Part shown: piece after piece, positions 1 to 12,273 of the stretch
Numbering within the stretch: the stretch's first letter is position 1
How the letters are laid out: the number at the start of each line of letters is the position of its first letter
Assembly (NCBI RefSeq): GCF_000760515.2
Contig: NW_013546711.1
Location: 1-64,000, forward strand
DNA: 64,000 bases
Origin: Mitosporidium daphniae
Taxonomy: Eukaryota
Reading direction: 5' to 3'
Translations under genes and position numbers: made by a program
The notes under the pieces: model-generated
What the model was told of the DNA's origin: nothing
Seen by the model: the letters and a program-made list of their open reading frames with translations, nothing else
Database searches by the model: none

Positions 1-1240
1 GATTTTTGAGAAACGGCCTGCCTAATGAGAATCCAAAACGGGTTGTTTCTGATCATTCTGATAGTTGAAGGAGCTAAGGATAATCGACGTGTAGCTCTTC
101 ATACGCTACAAGCGGAAGTTTGAAGGTTAAAAGAAGATATCTCAACCCGAAACAAAGCTAACACCCTCATAGGTGAAATAAGAAAACCCGCCAAGATTTC
201 AATTTCTCAGCATAGAAAAAATAGAAATGTTCAAACCTGTTAAAGTTGTTTGAAATCGAGGAAATGAGTGTTCAATTGTCAGAGCTCGAAAATTTTCAAT
301 TTGAGCTTTTTCTGCGGTTGAATTGCGACGCCCAAACACTAACCTTGTAAAGCAATAAATTTCATATTTAGGACGATTAAAAAATATCAGTTTTTAGAGG
401 AATCCATCGAATTTAAAATTAGTATTGTATACATTCTTCGCAAAATGACATCCTCGACGATTCCCATGCATCATGGAACAATTTCCAAATATTGGCCGAA
501 CGGGTTTCCTCAAACTGCCTAAATAACAGTCTGCTTTTATTTGTGTTTCCAGAATTTGGTGTTAGGAGCACTTCTGCAAGTAGCCCACACCGCATACTTG
601 CATAGGTATACCCATCAGCTTAGCTTTATTATTTCTTTTTGTAATGTGCCTGGGCATTTCTTTAATTGTGTGTTTAGCTAACCCGCTTACCTAGCTCAAG
701 ACTCAACACGGTACTCTTCAGGTCCTTTGAAAACGAGACCACATCAAATTTGCTATTTATGCCAGCTTTCAAAAGACAGTCAGGAGTGAATTAAAATCTC
801 GAGGCAGGGAATATAACCCTTTGGATTATCTTCTAAACTTGCATTGATATGATCTCTTTGAAAACCTTTTTACCTTGTTACCTTCAAATACGCATTTGTC
901 TCACCGCAGAATTTAATCCAATTTAATTCCCAAGTTAATTATTACGGTTGCACTCTGATTTGTCTATCGACCCGATTTGCAGCTTTTACGCCATGCAGTG
1001 TTGAAAAAAAGTGTCACCCTTTCCATAATTCCGTTTATTACAACACAAAGCATACTAAAACCCACGCAAAGCGGCTTCATAATTGATCATTGGAAGTGAG
1101 ACAATTTAAGTTGATTTTTTGGCAAAGCTGAATATGCTACCTACACTGACCACCACCATAAACAGCCACAAAATCGGCTTACATTCACTTTTTAAGCAAT
1201 TCAATGCGTATTCTTTATTGGCAGATCAAATTCGGTTGAC

Positions 1241-3584
1241 TCAATTGAAAAAAATGTCAGAATACTTGGGCAACTGCCAGTACTCATCCGGGGAAAGCTC
1301 CTCGAGTTTATCCACATGTACTCGCAATTCCGACATAAGCAATGTCAGCTTTTCAGCAGCAAGGGACTGGCAAAGGGGGTCTCCATTTTGGTGCTCAATT
1401 GCTTCAACTTTTTCAACCTCGCTCTCGAGCTGAAGAAGGACTCTATAAGCAGAATCGATTTCAAGAGAAAGTCTTTGGCAGGTATCCTGCTCAGCAGCGT
1501 TGATCTTTAACGAAGAAGACAAGACATCCTCAAGTGGCTGCTTGTGAGGAAAGGAAGATGAAACTTGAAGTGTAACTCCACTCATCAATTCCCTGCGGTA
1601 CTTGAAAGCCACGGGGAGCACAAATTGGCGCACCATTGAAACCATCGTTCTGGATTCAATCAATAAATCTTTCGCATACTTCTCCAGAAGTACATGGAAG
1701 CGAGCGTTCAGTTCTGCTTCCGAATAAACCTTGCATTTTTCGATAAGCATTTCTCGATGATTAGATTTGCTCAATAGCGAATATGAATTTGGCGATGTTT
1801 TGATGTTGAGGAGACCTCTGCGCTCGGCCTCAACCTCCCATTCTTTTGAGTAGTTGTCGCCCTCAAATCGAACAGACTTGGTCTTCGAGATCAGCTGGCG
1901 GATCAGTGCCATTGCATTGTCGCCACTCTCCAATCGGTCACAAATATAATTCATCGCCTCGGCGACACCAGAGTTCAGGACGGCAACAGGAAACGAGGGA
2001 CTTTGCTTTGAACCGACGGCACGAAACTCGAACTTGTTTCCAGTGAAGGCAAATGGAGATGTCCTATTGCGATCAGTAGGATCTTGGCAGATCTCGGGCA
2101 TCGAGGAAAGTTTCACATCAAGGGTCCTTCTCCCTACGGAAATAGATTTCAAAGTGGGGCGGTAAAGATTTTGTGGAGACTGGCCATTTTCGATGGAATT
2201 CAAAACCTCCGAAAGATAGGCCCCAAGAAAGACAGAAACAATTGCCGGTGGCGCCTCATTGGCCCCCAGGCGATGATCATTTGAGGCAGATGCCACAGCG
2301 GCTCTCAAAAGCGGTCCGTGATCCTGAACTGCCATCAGAACAGCCAAAAGAGTGGCGAGAAAAAGAATGTTCTCTTCTGGGGCATTTCCTGGCTCCAGCA
2401 TATTAACTCCAGATGATGTCAACAGAGACCAGTTACAATGTTTTCCGGATCCATTTACTCCAGCGAATGGCTTCTCGTGAAATAGAGCCTTGAGGTTGTG
2501 GCGATGAGCGACTTTGTGGATCACTTCCATGGTCAACAAATTGTGGTCCACCGAAATATTGGCATCTTCAAAGATGGGGGCAACTTCAAATTGATTTGGA
2601 GCCACTTCGTTGTGTCTGGTCTTGATGGGGACCCCTAACTTCCAAAGCTCCAACTCTGCCTCTGAAATTGCAGCTAAAACGCGAGATGGAATGTTGCCAA
2701 AATAATGGTCTTCCAGCTGTTGATGCTTTGGTGGCATTTTCCCAAGCAGAGTTCTTCCGGTGAGCCTCAAATCTGGCCTGTGGGCATATAGGCTACGGTC
2801 GATCAAGAAAAACTCTTGCTCACACCCAAGTGTGGGGATGACTCTGACATCTGCATCTGCAGCCTTGTCATTTCCCAGAAACTTGATAAGACGGCAAGAT
2901 GCCTTTGCCACTGCATCGATGGAGCGTAAAAGGCCAGTTTTCTCATCCAAAGCATCGCCATTATAGCTAAATGGTTACAAAATCGCAAACTTACCTGAGA
3001 AAAATAGATGGAATGTAAAGCACAGAAGTTCCATGGGGTCCCTTTTGAATGAACATCGGGGAAGATGGGTCCCAAACAGTATATCCACGAGCTTCGAAAG
3101 TTGTTCTTGCACCGCCATTCGGAAAGCTGGAGGCATCTGGTTCTGCCTGCAACAGGGAAGACCCCGAAAAGGCATCAATTGGTGTAGATTCAAATCCCAT
3201 CTCCGTTGCACTCATTTTTAGAGACAAGAAAGAATCATGCTTTTCTGCGGTGGAGTTTGTGTGGGGCTGGAACCAGTGCGTAAAGTGGGTGGCCCCCTTC
3301 TCCTGGGCCCAAACTCGAGCTGCATGAGCGATCGCATCACACGTGCTTTTATCCATAGTTGTTCCCTTGCATATTTGATCCAAAAACGCAGAAAATACCG
3401 GCTTTGGAAGACAAGCCTCCATTTGACGACGGCCAAAAACCTGCTCACCAAATATCGTAGCAAAGATTGTCGAGTTGTTCACAGGTTTGGATGGCGATGA
3501 TAACGCGTTATCTCCGGCCTCCAGGAGGGATCGTGGTTTGCTCTCTATGAGCTGGCGAACACGCTCGGTGCGAAACTCGGGCAT
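1241..3584 (-). CDS. Glutamine synthetase type III (GSIII), 2 exons
   Basis: GSIII motifs GATHFTHWFQP, EPDASSFPNGG.R.TFEARGYT.WD, LGCEQEFF, RHNEVAPNQFE, HEKPFAGVNGSGKHCNWS, DRNRTSPFAFTGNKFEFRAVGS. A 28-nt GT-AG intron at 2967-2994 joins the two ORFs in frame (IFLS|YNGDALDEK). Confidence 0.95.
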
Positions 3585-3719
3585 AACAAATTTGTTGATG
3601 GCCCCTTTTCCTTTTGTAGCAAAATTTGTAAATCGTGATGAAACCGATCAACCAATCAGCGATGAGGGAATTGGTTGTTTCGTGCTAATTTCAAATCACA
3701 TCAAAAAATTTACAACTTA

Positions 3720-4421
3720 TTAAAATTTGGCGCTACTTCGATGCAAATAACCCCAATTGAACCGCTGTTGGAGCGACGGCAAAGATCGAGAACGGAAATA
3801 CCCTGTCTTGTTGGAAACAACCAGAAAATAGCAAAGGGCCGCCTTTTCTATTCTCCTCATTTGAATGGTCTCTGAGGCTGTTCTATAGTGATCAAGACCA
3901 AGCAGATGCACGATCCCATGCACAAGCAGCTTGAGCAAAACCCTATATCCCATGGCACGGCCCAACAGTATCTGATGTCCATATGAGGCAGTAGGGCAAA
4001 TTCGATACTTTCTAAGGATCCATTCTGGACATAGGAATATGTCACCTAGATCTATTTCTTTGTCATCATTAAACTTTGGATCCTCGATCGCATGGCGGCA
4101 AAACGTCTCGTCAAACTGACAAGGAAACGAAAGGATATCGGTTGGAACCGACTTTTTTTCTGCGCCATATGTTCCATTTAAGTTTTGCATCTGTTTGATG
4201 GATATAATTGCCATGCCCAGCTTATAGGAATACTGATTGAGATTCTTGAACCTGCTTTGGCTGATAGGTTCCCACTTGAAAATGATAGCTGCTTTCAATG
4301 CACCCTGAACAAGGACTTGGACATCTCTGCTAAAGTTCTTTGCATTGGAAATCTTCCAAATGGGACAAGTCGACGTTATGGACGGATGGACTCGGCACAT
4401 TTTAAAATTCTTAACCACCAT
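3720..4421 (-). CDS. YBEY: YbeY-family endoribonuclease (probably mitochondrial)
   Basis: PTDILSFP, LGDIFLCPE and the metal-binding HGIVHLLGLDH motif. Start could be 4421 or 4400. Confidence 0.88.
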   Translation of the reverse strand: MVVKNFKMCRVHPSITSTCPIWKISNAKNFSRDVQVLVQGALKAAIIFKWEPISQSRFKNLNQYSYKLGMAIISIKQMQNLNGTYGAEKKSVPTDILSFPCQFDETFCRHAIEDPKFNDDKEIDLGDIFLCPEWILRKYRICPTASYGHQILLGRAMGYRVLLKLLVHGIVHLLGLDHYRTASETIQMRRIEKAALCYFLVVSNKTGYFRSRSLPSLQQRFNWGYLHRSSAKF

Positions 4422-4770
4422 TCTGCAATTTATTCACATTCGAAATGTGCGTTTCGATGGCTTGAAATGGGTTCTTTATCAACTCGGGGCGTGTATACAC
4501 CTCCGAAAGGCGAGCAAGCTCGTTTTTCCGCGTGATCTTTTTACTGCGCCGTTGTATGTGTGTCTGAGAGCCCTTCAAATTGAGGTCCTCTTTTTCCCCG
4601 ATCAAGTCAATACGATGTGCCATGTGGTCCATGGGAAAGTCTTGTTGCTTTAGAGCGATCTTTTTTTCTTTTGCGATTATTTTTGACCTCCACGAGCTTG
4701 CCTTTTGCTATGGAATAAAATGGACATGAAAAACCTTGTGCTTTGTCGCTTGCGTTGCCTTTCTCACCAT
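4411..4770 (-). CDS. Slx9/FAM207A-like ribosome biogenesis protein
   Basis: Basic small protein ending in E.ARLSEVYTRPELIKNPFQAIETHISN, resembling the Slx9 C-terminal motif. ATG at 4770 plus a 27-nt GT-AG intron extends the track ORF in frame. Confidence 0.6.
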
Positions 4771-4920
4771 GTGCCTCGAAAATNAAATAATAAAATTTGC
4801 GAAAATGAAAATCATTGGGACCTGCCGTTTCAAAATCAATTCAAACTGATGTGAGCTAATACGTCGCTCGCTATCCGTTGACAATCTGTTGGCAATCCGC
4901 TACCTTACCCCCAACTCTTC

Positions 4921-5313
4921 ATGACCACACATTCCCCTTTTCAGGTGAATTCTAGCTTCTTGCGGCCTAAATATACCCAGTTTACCAATAATTTCAATGA
5001 AGCGTACTATTTTGTAAGCGAAGCGAAAGCCTTGCCTCTCTTCGAAGAGGCTCCAAACATTGCCCCATTTGAAGAGGCTCCAGAAATTGCCCCATTTGAA
5101 GAGATCAATATTAAGGGCATATTTACATATACACCACCTGAAGGATATCGGCTTTTACTGGTTCTTTTCGGACTTTTGTCACTGTTCACTCTGACATATT
5201 CCATTTTTAGAATTGTCCAGCTTGTCAGATCGTGCCCTGCATCTTATAAGATCAATCCTCTCACCACGGATCAAAAAATGAAATCCAACGCGCTCCAATC
5301 GTCACTCTGCTGA
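4921..5313 (+). CDS. Hypothetical single-pass membrane protein with a short internal FEEAP.IAP repeat
   Basis: 130-aa ATG ORF, one hydrophobic segment, AATAAA downstream. No recognisable family. Confidence 0.45.
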   Translation: MTTHSPFQVNSSFLRPKYTQFTNNFNEAYYFVSEAKALPLFEEAPNIAPFEEAPEIAPFEEINIKGIFTYTPPEGYRLLLVLFGLLSLFTLTYSIFRIVQLVRSCPASYKINPLTTDQKMKSNALQSSLC

Positions 5314-5401
5314 GCGAGTGTCGCTTACATTTATGCAAAGGTAATTAATAAAGTGTCCCCTCAAAGAATCCATTAGTCCATTTATTTAAAATGGGATGAA
5401 A

Positions 5402-5680
5402 TCACAACCTGTCTACGCTTTCAATCATGATGACCGTATTCCCGCGAATTACCTTGAAGTTAAAAGTTGAACTCAATACCACCGATCCAAGAGGCTCGTG
5501 CAAAGGCTCCTCAAATGCATCTTCAATGACCAAATTCATAAATGGATCGTAGCCTCTTAGGGTACCTGACACCTTCCGACTGCAGTTTAGCTGCAGCATC
5601 AATCGCTTTTCCATAAACCTATCAAGGTAAAGCTTAATTCATGGGCACTTTTTCAACTCGGGTATGCTGCTTTTTGCCAT
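5402..5680 (-). CDS. SNRPG: Small nuclear ribonucleoprotein Sm G, 3 exons
   Basis: Spliced product MAKSSIPELKKFMEKRL...GTLRGYDPFMNLVIED...VIRGN. Introns at 5619-5648 (30 nt) and 5453-5479 (27 nt). Confidence 0.93.
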
Positions 5681-5697
5681 TTGAAAAAATTAATTAA

Positions 5698-6796
<1,099 letters not shown>

Positions 6797-6804
6797 CGCA
6801 TAAA

Positions 6805-6856
6805 TTAAGCCTTACATATCCCGAGTTATTAAGCCTTACATATCCCGAGTTATTAA
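6805..6856. repeat. Perfect tandem duplication of a 24-nt unit (TTAAGCCTTACATATCCCGAGTTA) x2 plus TTAA
   Basis: Directly visible between the convergent PRMT1 and S13 stop codons. Confidence 0.95.
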
Positions 6857-6860
6857 CCCT

Positions 6861-7115
6861 TTATTTATGAACACTAGCGACGCTTTGTATTTTAAGTTTA
6901 AGCAGCCGGTTTTTGGCACCCTCGTCTAAAATTTCCTGTATCAGGGGCTTAAGTTTGGAAATGTGGGTTTCATCGAGCTCCTTAACTTTGCACAGCCGAT
7001 GAACGCTAGCGCTGTTACAAAGCCTCTTTGAAGTGGCCAGCCCTACCCCGTAGAATTGCGTCAGTGCATAAATGACGTGCTTTTCGGGTCTCAAGCTCTT
7101 ACCAAGAAGGAACAT
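6861..7115 (-). CDS. SWS2: Mitochondrial ribosomal protein uS13m (Sws2-like), C-terminally short
   Basis: N-terminal S13 signature K.V.YALTQFYGVG..TSKRLC...KVKEL.E. Only 84 aa. Confidence 0.75.
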   Translation of the reverse strand: MFLLGKSLRPEKHVIYALTQFYGVGLATSKRLCNSASVHRLCKVKELDETHISKLKPLIQEILDEGAKNRLLKLKIQSVASVHK

Positions 7116-7237
7116 GCAAGTATTTTACAAAAAAACAACCCTAGCCCCTAAATTGTGAATTGAGCGATGTCGAGTGCCTGTAACGCAGATTGATCAATTG
7201 CTGCTGATTTATACTCCCAAGCGAGCATTCGTTTTAA

Positions 7238-8684
7238 ATGTTTCTGCAGTCTCGCCATTGCTTCTCTAAGCTCAAAACATGCATGAAAAAGGCTTACTTC
7301 TCGTCCCTTATTTCCGAATCTCCCACCTCGCTCTTCCACTTCAGAGAAGATGAGCTTATGATACGGGAATTGGGTGTGCTTCGTTTCCTTAATTGCAATA
7401 GTCTCCAAGCTAGCAAATGCTCGGATCAAGCCTATTGTTTCCCAAATGGATGAGTCTGGAAATATGGATCGGCAAATGATAAAAGAGCTATTTGAGCAAG
7501 GGGTATGAGCGTCATTGGTTGATATCTTGACTAGTTGATGGGGGTTGAGATTCCTTCTGAATACGGAGGTGCAGGTCTCTCCTTTACCAGTGCTTTGATT
7601 ACTGTTGAAGGTACATTTAGGACCTTTGTGGCATAGAACTCTCGAAAATCGATCCCTCAGTCGGTGCTCTGTGCGATGTCCACGTAAGATGATAATTGTC
7701 CAATTTCCAAGAACACGCTCGTCAATACGCTTTTTAAAAAATATGCCACTCACGAGCAAAAGGAAAAGTACCTTACAAAACTTGCCTCGCATTCCGTACG
7801 TTTGACGCACTTGTCTTTAGGTTGGCTCGTTTTGTCTCTCCGAGAGCGGATCCGGCTCTGATGCTTTCGCTTTAAAAACGCACGCAAAAAAGGATGGCGA
7901 TTCGTTTATTTTAAACGGAACCAAAATGTGGATCACCAACTCTTATGAAGCCGAAATATTTCTCATATTTGCAACAGTAGATCCCTCGCTGGGATACAAG
8001 GGAATATCATGTTTCATTGTGGAAAAGGCCGATGGCGTCATTATTGGAAAAAAAGAAAACAAAGTACCACTTACGAGCTTTATGTTAATGCCCTAGCTCG
8101 GTATAAGAGCCTCGTCTACCTGCACCGTTACCATGGAAAATCTTAAAATTCCCGCAAATAGACTACTCGGCAAAATAGGAGAAGGATACAAATATGCAAT
8201 TGATATTTTAAATGAGGGCAGAATTGGGATAGCTGCTCAGATGATCGGTCTTGCCCAGGGAGCTTTTGATGCTACTCTTCCCTATTTATCGGAGAGGAAG
8301 CAATTTGGAAAACCAATTGGCGAATTCCAGGTCTTTTTCTTGGGTATCAATTGGTAGGGAATGCAGCATCAGTATGCCCAGATCGCCACTGAAATTGAGG
8401 CTGCAAGATTATTGACATACAATGCTGCCCGCCTAAAGGAGGCAGGAGAGCCTTTCATCAAGGAGGCGGCAATGGCTAAACTGTTTTCATCCCAAATTGC
8501 GGAGCGAGCATCATCCAAATGCATTGAATGGATGGGTGGCATCGGAATTACCAAGGAAATTCCCGTCGAAAAGTATTATAGAGATTGCAAAATTGGAGCT
8601 ATTTACGAAGGCACAAGTAACATCCAGCTGCAGACTATTGCAAAGATCATCTCAAAGCAATATTCAAATTCTTCCAAAAATTAA
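7238..8684 (+). CDS. ACADSB: Short/branched-chain acyl-CoA dehydrogenase, mitochondrial, multi-exon
   Basis: [66 protein letters not shown]. Six tiny GT-AG introns restore the frame; presequence-like N-terminus. Confidence 0.93.
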
Positions 8685-8730
8685 ATTTCAATACCGTAAA
8701 AAGGCAATCATATGCGGGCCTGGGGCACCT

Positions 8731-8779
8731 GTAGCGAATGTCGAGCTACGAATGCCGAGTAGCGAATGCCGAGCTACGC
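8731..8779. repeat. Degenerate ~14-nt tandem repeat (TAGCGAATGCCGAGC-like) x3
   Basis: Visible downstream of ACADSB. Confidence 0.7.
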
Positions 8780-8891
8780 CTTCCGATTTGCGCCTGTGGA
8801 ATTCCTCTCCTTTTGATGGGCCAGCAAAAGCTCGTGATAAGAAATTAAGTTGCAATACATTTGAGTTTGCTAAGGTATCTCAGCTTCTATA

Positions 8892-9218
8892 TTAAATTTT
8901 TTTGAAATCAATAGCTAATAATGACAACACTTGAGCTGATTTCTCCAATAGGAGGGTGATTGAGTCTGGTGCATCATGGGATTCCCAAAGCTCAGCTCTA
9001 ACACCAACTTTGCTCAAAAGCACGCACCTTCCAATAGCAATTTTAACAACTTCATAGCGGGAAATCACAAAGTCACTGGTCGCGTTAGGCTTCAACCTTA
9101 AAAGTTTTTGAGGCAATGTTTCCAAATCTCTTGCAATGTCTTGTGCCTCAAGATGAATGAGCTCGGGTAATATCTTTTGCATGGAAGAAAAGTCTTCGCT
9201 CGATAGGTTCTGGTGCAC
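8892..9218 (-). CDS. Hypothetical protein, probably the last exon of a spliced gene extending towards ~9.5 kb
   Basis: 108-codon open frame with helical composition; another open frame lies just upstream on the same strand. No family recognised. Confidence 0.3.
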   Translation of the reverse strand: MHQNLSSEDFSSMQKILPELIHLEAQDIARDLETLPQKLLRLKPNATSDFVISRYEVVKIAIGRCVLLSKVGVRAELWESHDAPDSITLLLEKSAQVLSLLAIDFKKI

Positions 9219-9915
9219 TTTTTATGCTAGGGCTTCTGTATTAAATTGATATTTAGGATTAATAGAGCATCAAGCGATGTCGGTTAGCTTTAGCTGGATA
9301 CAAAGAGGCTTCTAAAAAGCTGCGCATCAGCATACTCCTAAGCATAGCAATGGAATGCATTTCAATTTTCAATCGACAAAGTACACGACCGAACCTGAGC
9401 ATTTCGAACGCATCAACCACTTGCATAATATTTTCGATACGAGGTCCTTCGCATTTACCTTTTTGAGCATTGAGGGCAAGGTTTTCGAAGAGTTTGAAAA
9501 ATAACGAACATCAGATTCCTACGTTTTTTTAAACAGTGTCGTTTCTCATAAAAACTCGAGCAAACCCGATCCAAAATGCTTATTCACCATACAAATGTGA
9601 CATTTATTAAAGTATTACCGAGATTGGCGGGTTTAATATCATGGTATCTTTCTACATTGACGCGACATCAAAAGGACGCCATTTAAATTATTGCTAAAAT
9701 CTTTTCGGTTTGGCATTTTAAGTGGAAATTGTTGTTTTAATTTGCGCTGACAGCAGCATGCTATGTTGATAAATCATGCGAATTTGGTACAATTTCGATT
9801 AATTAAAGTTTAATTAACGGCAGCTCGTTGAAAGTCAATCACAGACTGTCATCATACTAAAGTTTAACACTCACAAGTCTATTTAACAGCAAAAGAAACA
9901 AGCCATCGTTTTATC

Positions 9916-10434
9916 ATGGAGCAAGCAGCGTCACAAGCCACAGCCCAACTGCAACAAAAGCAGCGAACATTTATCCACAGAACACAGCAGGTGGTAACCT
10001 ACTTTCAGGAGAGGGCCCAGAAGCTGGGCGAGGTCATTCGCGTCTACGTAAACCGATATCCACCACTTGCTGCTTTTATCTTTACCCTTCTTGCCTTTTC
10101 GGCACTTCCGATCTCCATATTCGTTCTGTTTGCTGCAGTGACCGTCGCAGCAACGCTTTCCGTGGCACTTGTTGGCTTTGCAATTGTCGAAGGTGCCATG
10201 TTGTTTACAGGTGCCGGAGTTCTGCTCGTCATCTTGGGCGGCGTTACACTGATAACCGGGGTTGTCTTCAGCTGGCTCTTCGGAATATACCTCTCGTACC
10301 GCGGTATTACCATGCTGTATTGCAACCTTTCTGGCGGTGCCTGGTCGCTCACAGAGTCAGTAAGGGGGCTGGCAGAGAAAGGAAAGCAAGCGGCCTCCAG
10401 CGCTGCACAATCGACGGGCACACAGCCCCGTTAG
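9916..10434 (+). CDS. Promethin/LDAF1 (TMEM159)-like lipid droplet assembly membrane protein
   Basis: YPPLAAFIFTLLAFSALPISIF...VGFAIVEG four-helix hydrophobic core typical of the promethin family. Confidence 0.7.
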   Translation: MEQAASQATAQLQQKQRTFIHRTQQVVTYFQERAQKLGEVIRVYVNRYPPLAAFIFTLLAFSALPISIFVLFAAVTVAATLSVALVGFAIVEGAMLFTGAGVLLVILGGVTLITGVVFSWLFGIYLSYRGITMLYCNLSGGAWSLTESVRGLAEKGKQAASSAAQSTGTQPR

Positions 10435-10536
10435 TGCTCATTGCTGAATAAATCAATTTCTTTTAGCTGAAAGGTATTTTGACATATTTATCAATGGAAA
10501 TGGCGCGACAAGCTTTGTCCAGGCGAGCTTGGCTTT

Positions 10537-10883
10537 TCACACATGCGATGGACGTTGAGAAAACACAAGCTTTTCCCGAAAAACCATTTGTATGTGCAGA
10601 GCATGCGTGGCAGAAACATCCTCGATCGTAGGGACAGTTTTCTAGGTTAAAACAATATTCCTACTTTGATAAGAAGCAATGGCTTTTCAAGCTTGACTCG
10701 CTTGCCCTCCAACAGTTGGTGGCCGAGGCGGAGCTGCGGAGTATCGCCCACAGATATCATGACGAGATCCTTCCCGCAGTCGATGTGCCCCTCCCCTATG
10801 CTGTGCTCTAAAACACCCTGCATCTCGATGAGAAAGAGCTGAGGTTCCTGGCTCCCAACATTAGTGAAAAGTGCGATTGGCAT
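10537..10883 (-). CDS. CTF8: Chromosome transmission fidelity protein 8 (Ctf18-RFC subunit)
   Basis: LIEMQG.L, LRLGHQLLEGKRVKLEKPL. After a 23-nt intron (10642-10664) the last exon ends REKLVFSQRPSHV*. Confidence 0.85.
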
Positions 10884-11477
10884 ATAAATAGGCTACCAAA
10901 GCTCCCAGGCTAGCGTTGGCTAAATTCGATTATACGTTCCACAACCACATAGTATTTGGCATCGTTGTATTTTAATTAGGGTTAGGGTTTATAGGTCCGG
11001 GAGCACCCCCTAGCAATTGAAAGAAATTACTCGAGCCTCTCTCAGCGGTAGAGCTCCATGCACACATGATTTTCAGAATTTTAGGTCCTAATAGGCCCAG
11101 GAAAAGCGGATGGCTTTTGAATCAGTGTTCTGGATTTTTCCTAATGTCTCGATTCCGATGCTTGATTTATTTCCTCAACACTCGAGGAACAAGGGTACGG
11201 GGTATTCGATCCCTGAGCGGTTTAAAAGCAATGCAAAAGTCAAACGAGTAACGAAAGATAAATTGGATGCACATTAACATGCACATGCATATGTATAGTT
11301 ATCCAAAGACTTCTACTTGCAGTTTTCACACTAACTCATAGGCTGCGTGACTGCATTTAAATAGAAAAGGCTCGGATTTATTGACCAATTGATGGCGCCC
11401 ATTTACATATGCATTCGATCAAGATTTAGGGTTGATGGGTGAGCTTTTAATACGCTTCAACACAAGCATTGCCATAC

Positions 11478-12141
11478 TTATTGGGAGCGGTCACGCCGCA
11501 CAATAGGAAATGGCTGGCGCTGTTCCAATTGCCTAATTATCTCCAACGCCTGTAATCAGTGGGAATACGATAGCATACCTGCTGCTTGGCCGTATCGTCC
11601 GTACGGATAGACAGATGGACATCGTTCACCAGCACACGCTCGATCATAGAGGGAGTGTATGGGCGTCCGTTCTCTGGATTCAGTGTCTTCTCTGCGATGA
11701 TGACAGCAATATCTCGCCGCATACTTTCAGTTAGATGCGAACGCTCTGCAGCGCCAACCTGCCCTTCTCCCCGATCAAGGATCTTGAAATTAGAGGCGGA
11801 AAAATCATAAGGATTATCAGGCTGCAGGGTAAATGGTTAAAAAATCATAAAGGGGAGGTTGAAAGCCGAATTACCTCTCTGATAGCGATAGTGCTGTCGG
11901 TACTACCAAAAGCACGCTGCAAATCTTGTGCTTTGGCAAGAAGCCCTTTGGAAACGTTGAGGAAAACCTGGTCGCTTTGTAGGACTTCGGAAAGCGGCGT
12001 GGAAACGGGATTATTTCTATAGTCCTGCAACTTGTTCTTATAACACGCAATTTCGAAGCGAACTCCGTTACATCGAAGCCGCACCACAGCTACGTTGGTC
12101 AACTTTTGATTGTTTTGCGGTGTAAATATGGATGGCGACAT
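11478..12141 (-). CDS. SDO1: Ribosome maturation factor Sdo1/SBDS, lacking domain III
   Basis: IFTP.N.QKLTNVAVVRL, RFEIACYKNK, VFLNVSKG, NPENGRPYTPSMIE, AKQQALEII. Introns at 11783-11874 (92 nt) and ~11550-11578. Confidence 0.92.
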
Positions 12142-12273
12142 GAGGCGGTGTAATGGGAACCAATTAGCCAATTGACAAATTAACAAATTAATGAAGTGTA
12201 AAATTTATGTTCTCCCATAAACCGAAATTTTGAAACTGGGGTAAAACCAAACCGCTGCATTGAACATTTGATC

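Noticed and set aside
1..1118. Transposon remnant or gene in the first 1.1 kb
   Set aside because: AT-rich, with no long ORF, terminal repeat or recognisable motif that I could support.
4784..4784. Ambiguous base n
   Set aside because: An assembly uncertainty in intergenic DNA. It shows draft quality, so single lesions need read-level confirmation.
7148..7810. 220-aa minus-strand ORF and similar antisense ORFs (e.g. 55683-56318, 28979-29338)
   Set aside because: Shadow frames opposite well-supported genes, with no recognisable motifs.
10976..10990. Chromosome end or telomere
   Set aside because: Only two TTAGGG units, internal to gene-dense DNA. Treated as a promoter-type motif.
11030..11225. 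tRNA gene with a long intron
   Set aside because: The D-arm-like and T-arm-like words are imperfect and no acceptor or anticodon stem can be built. Kept only as a weak ncRNA candidate.
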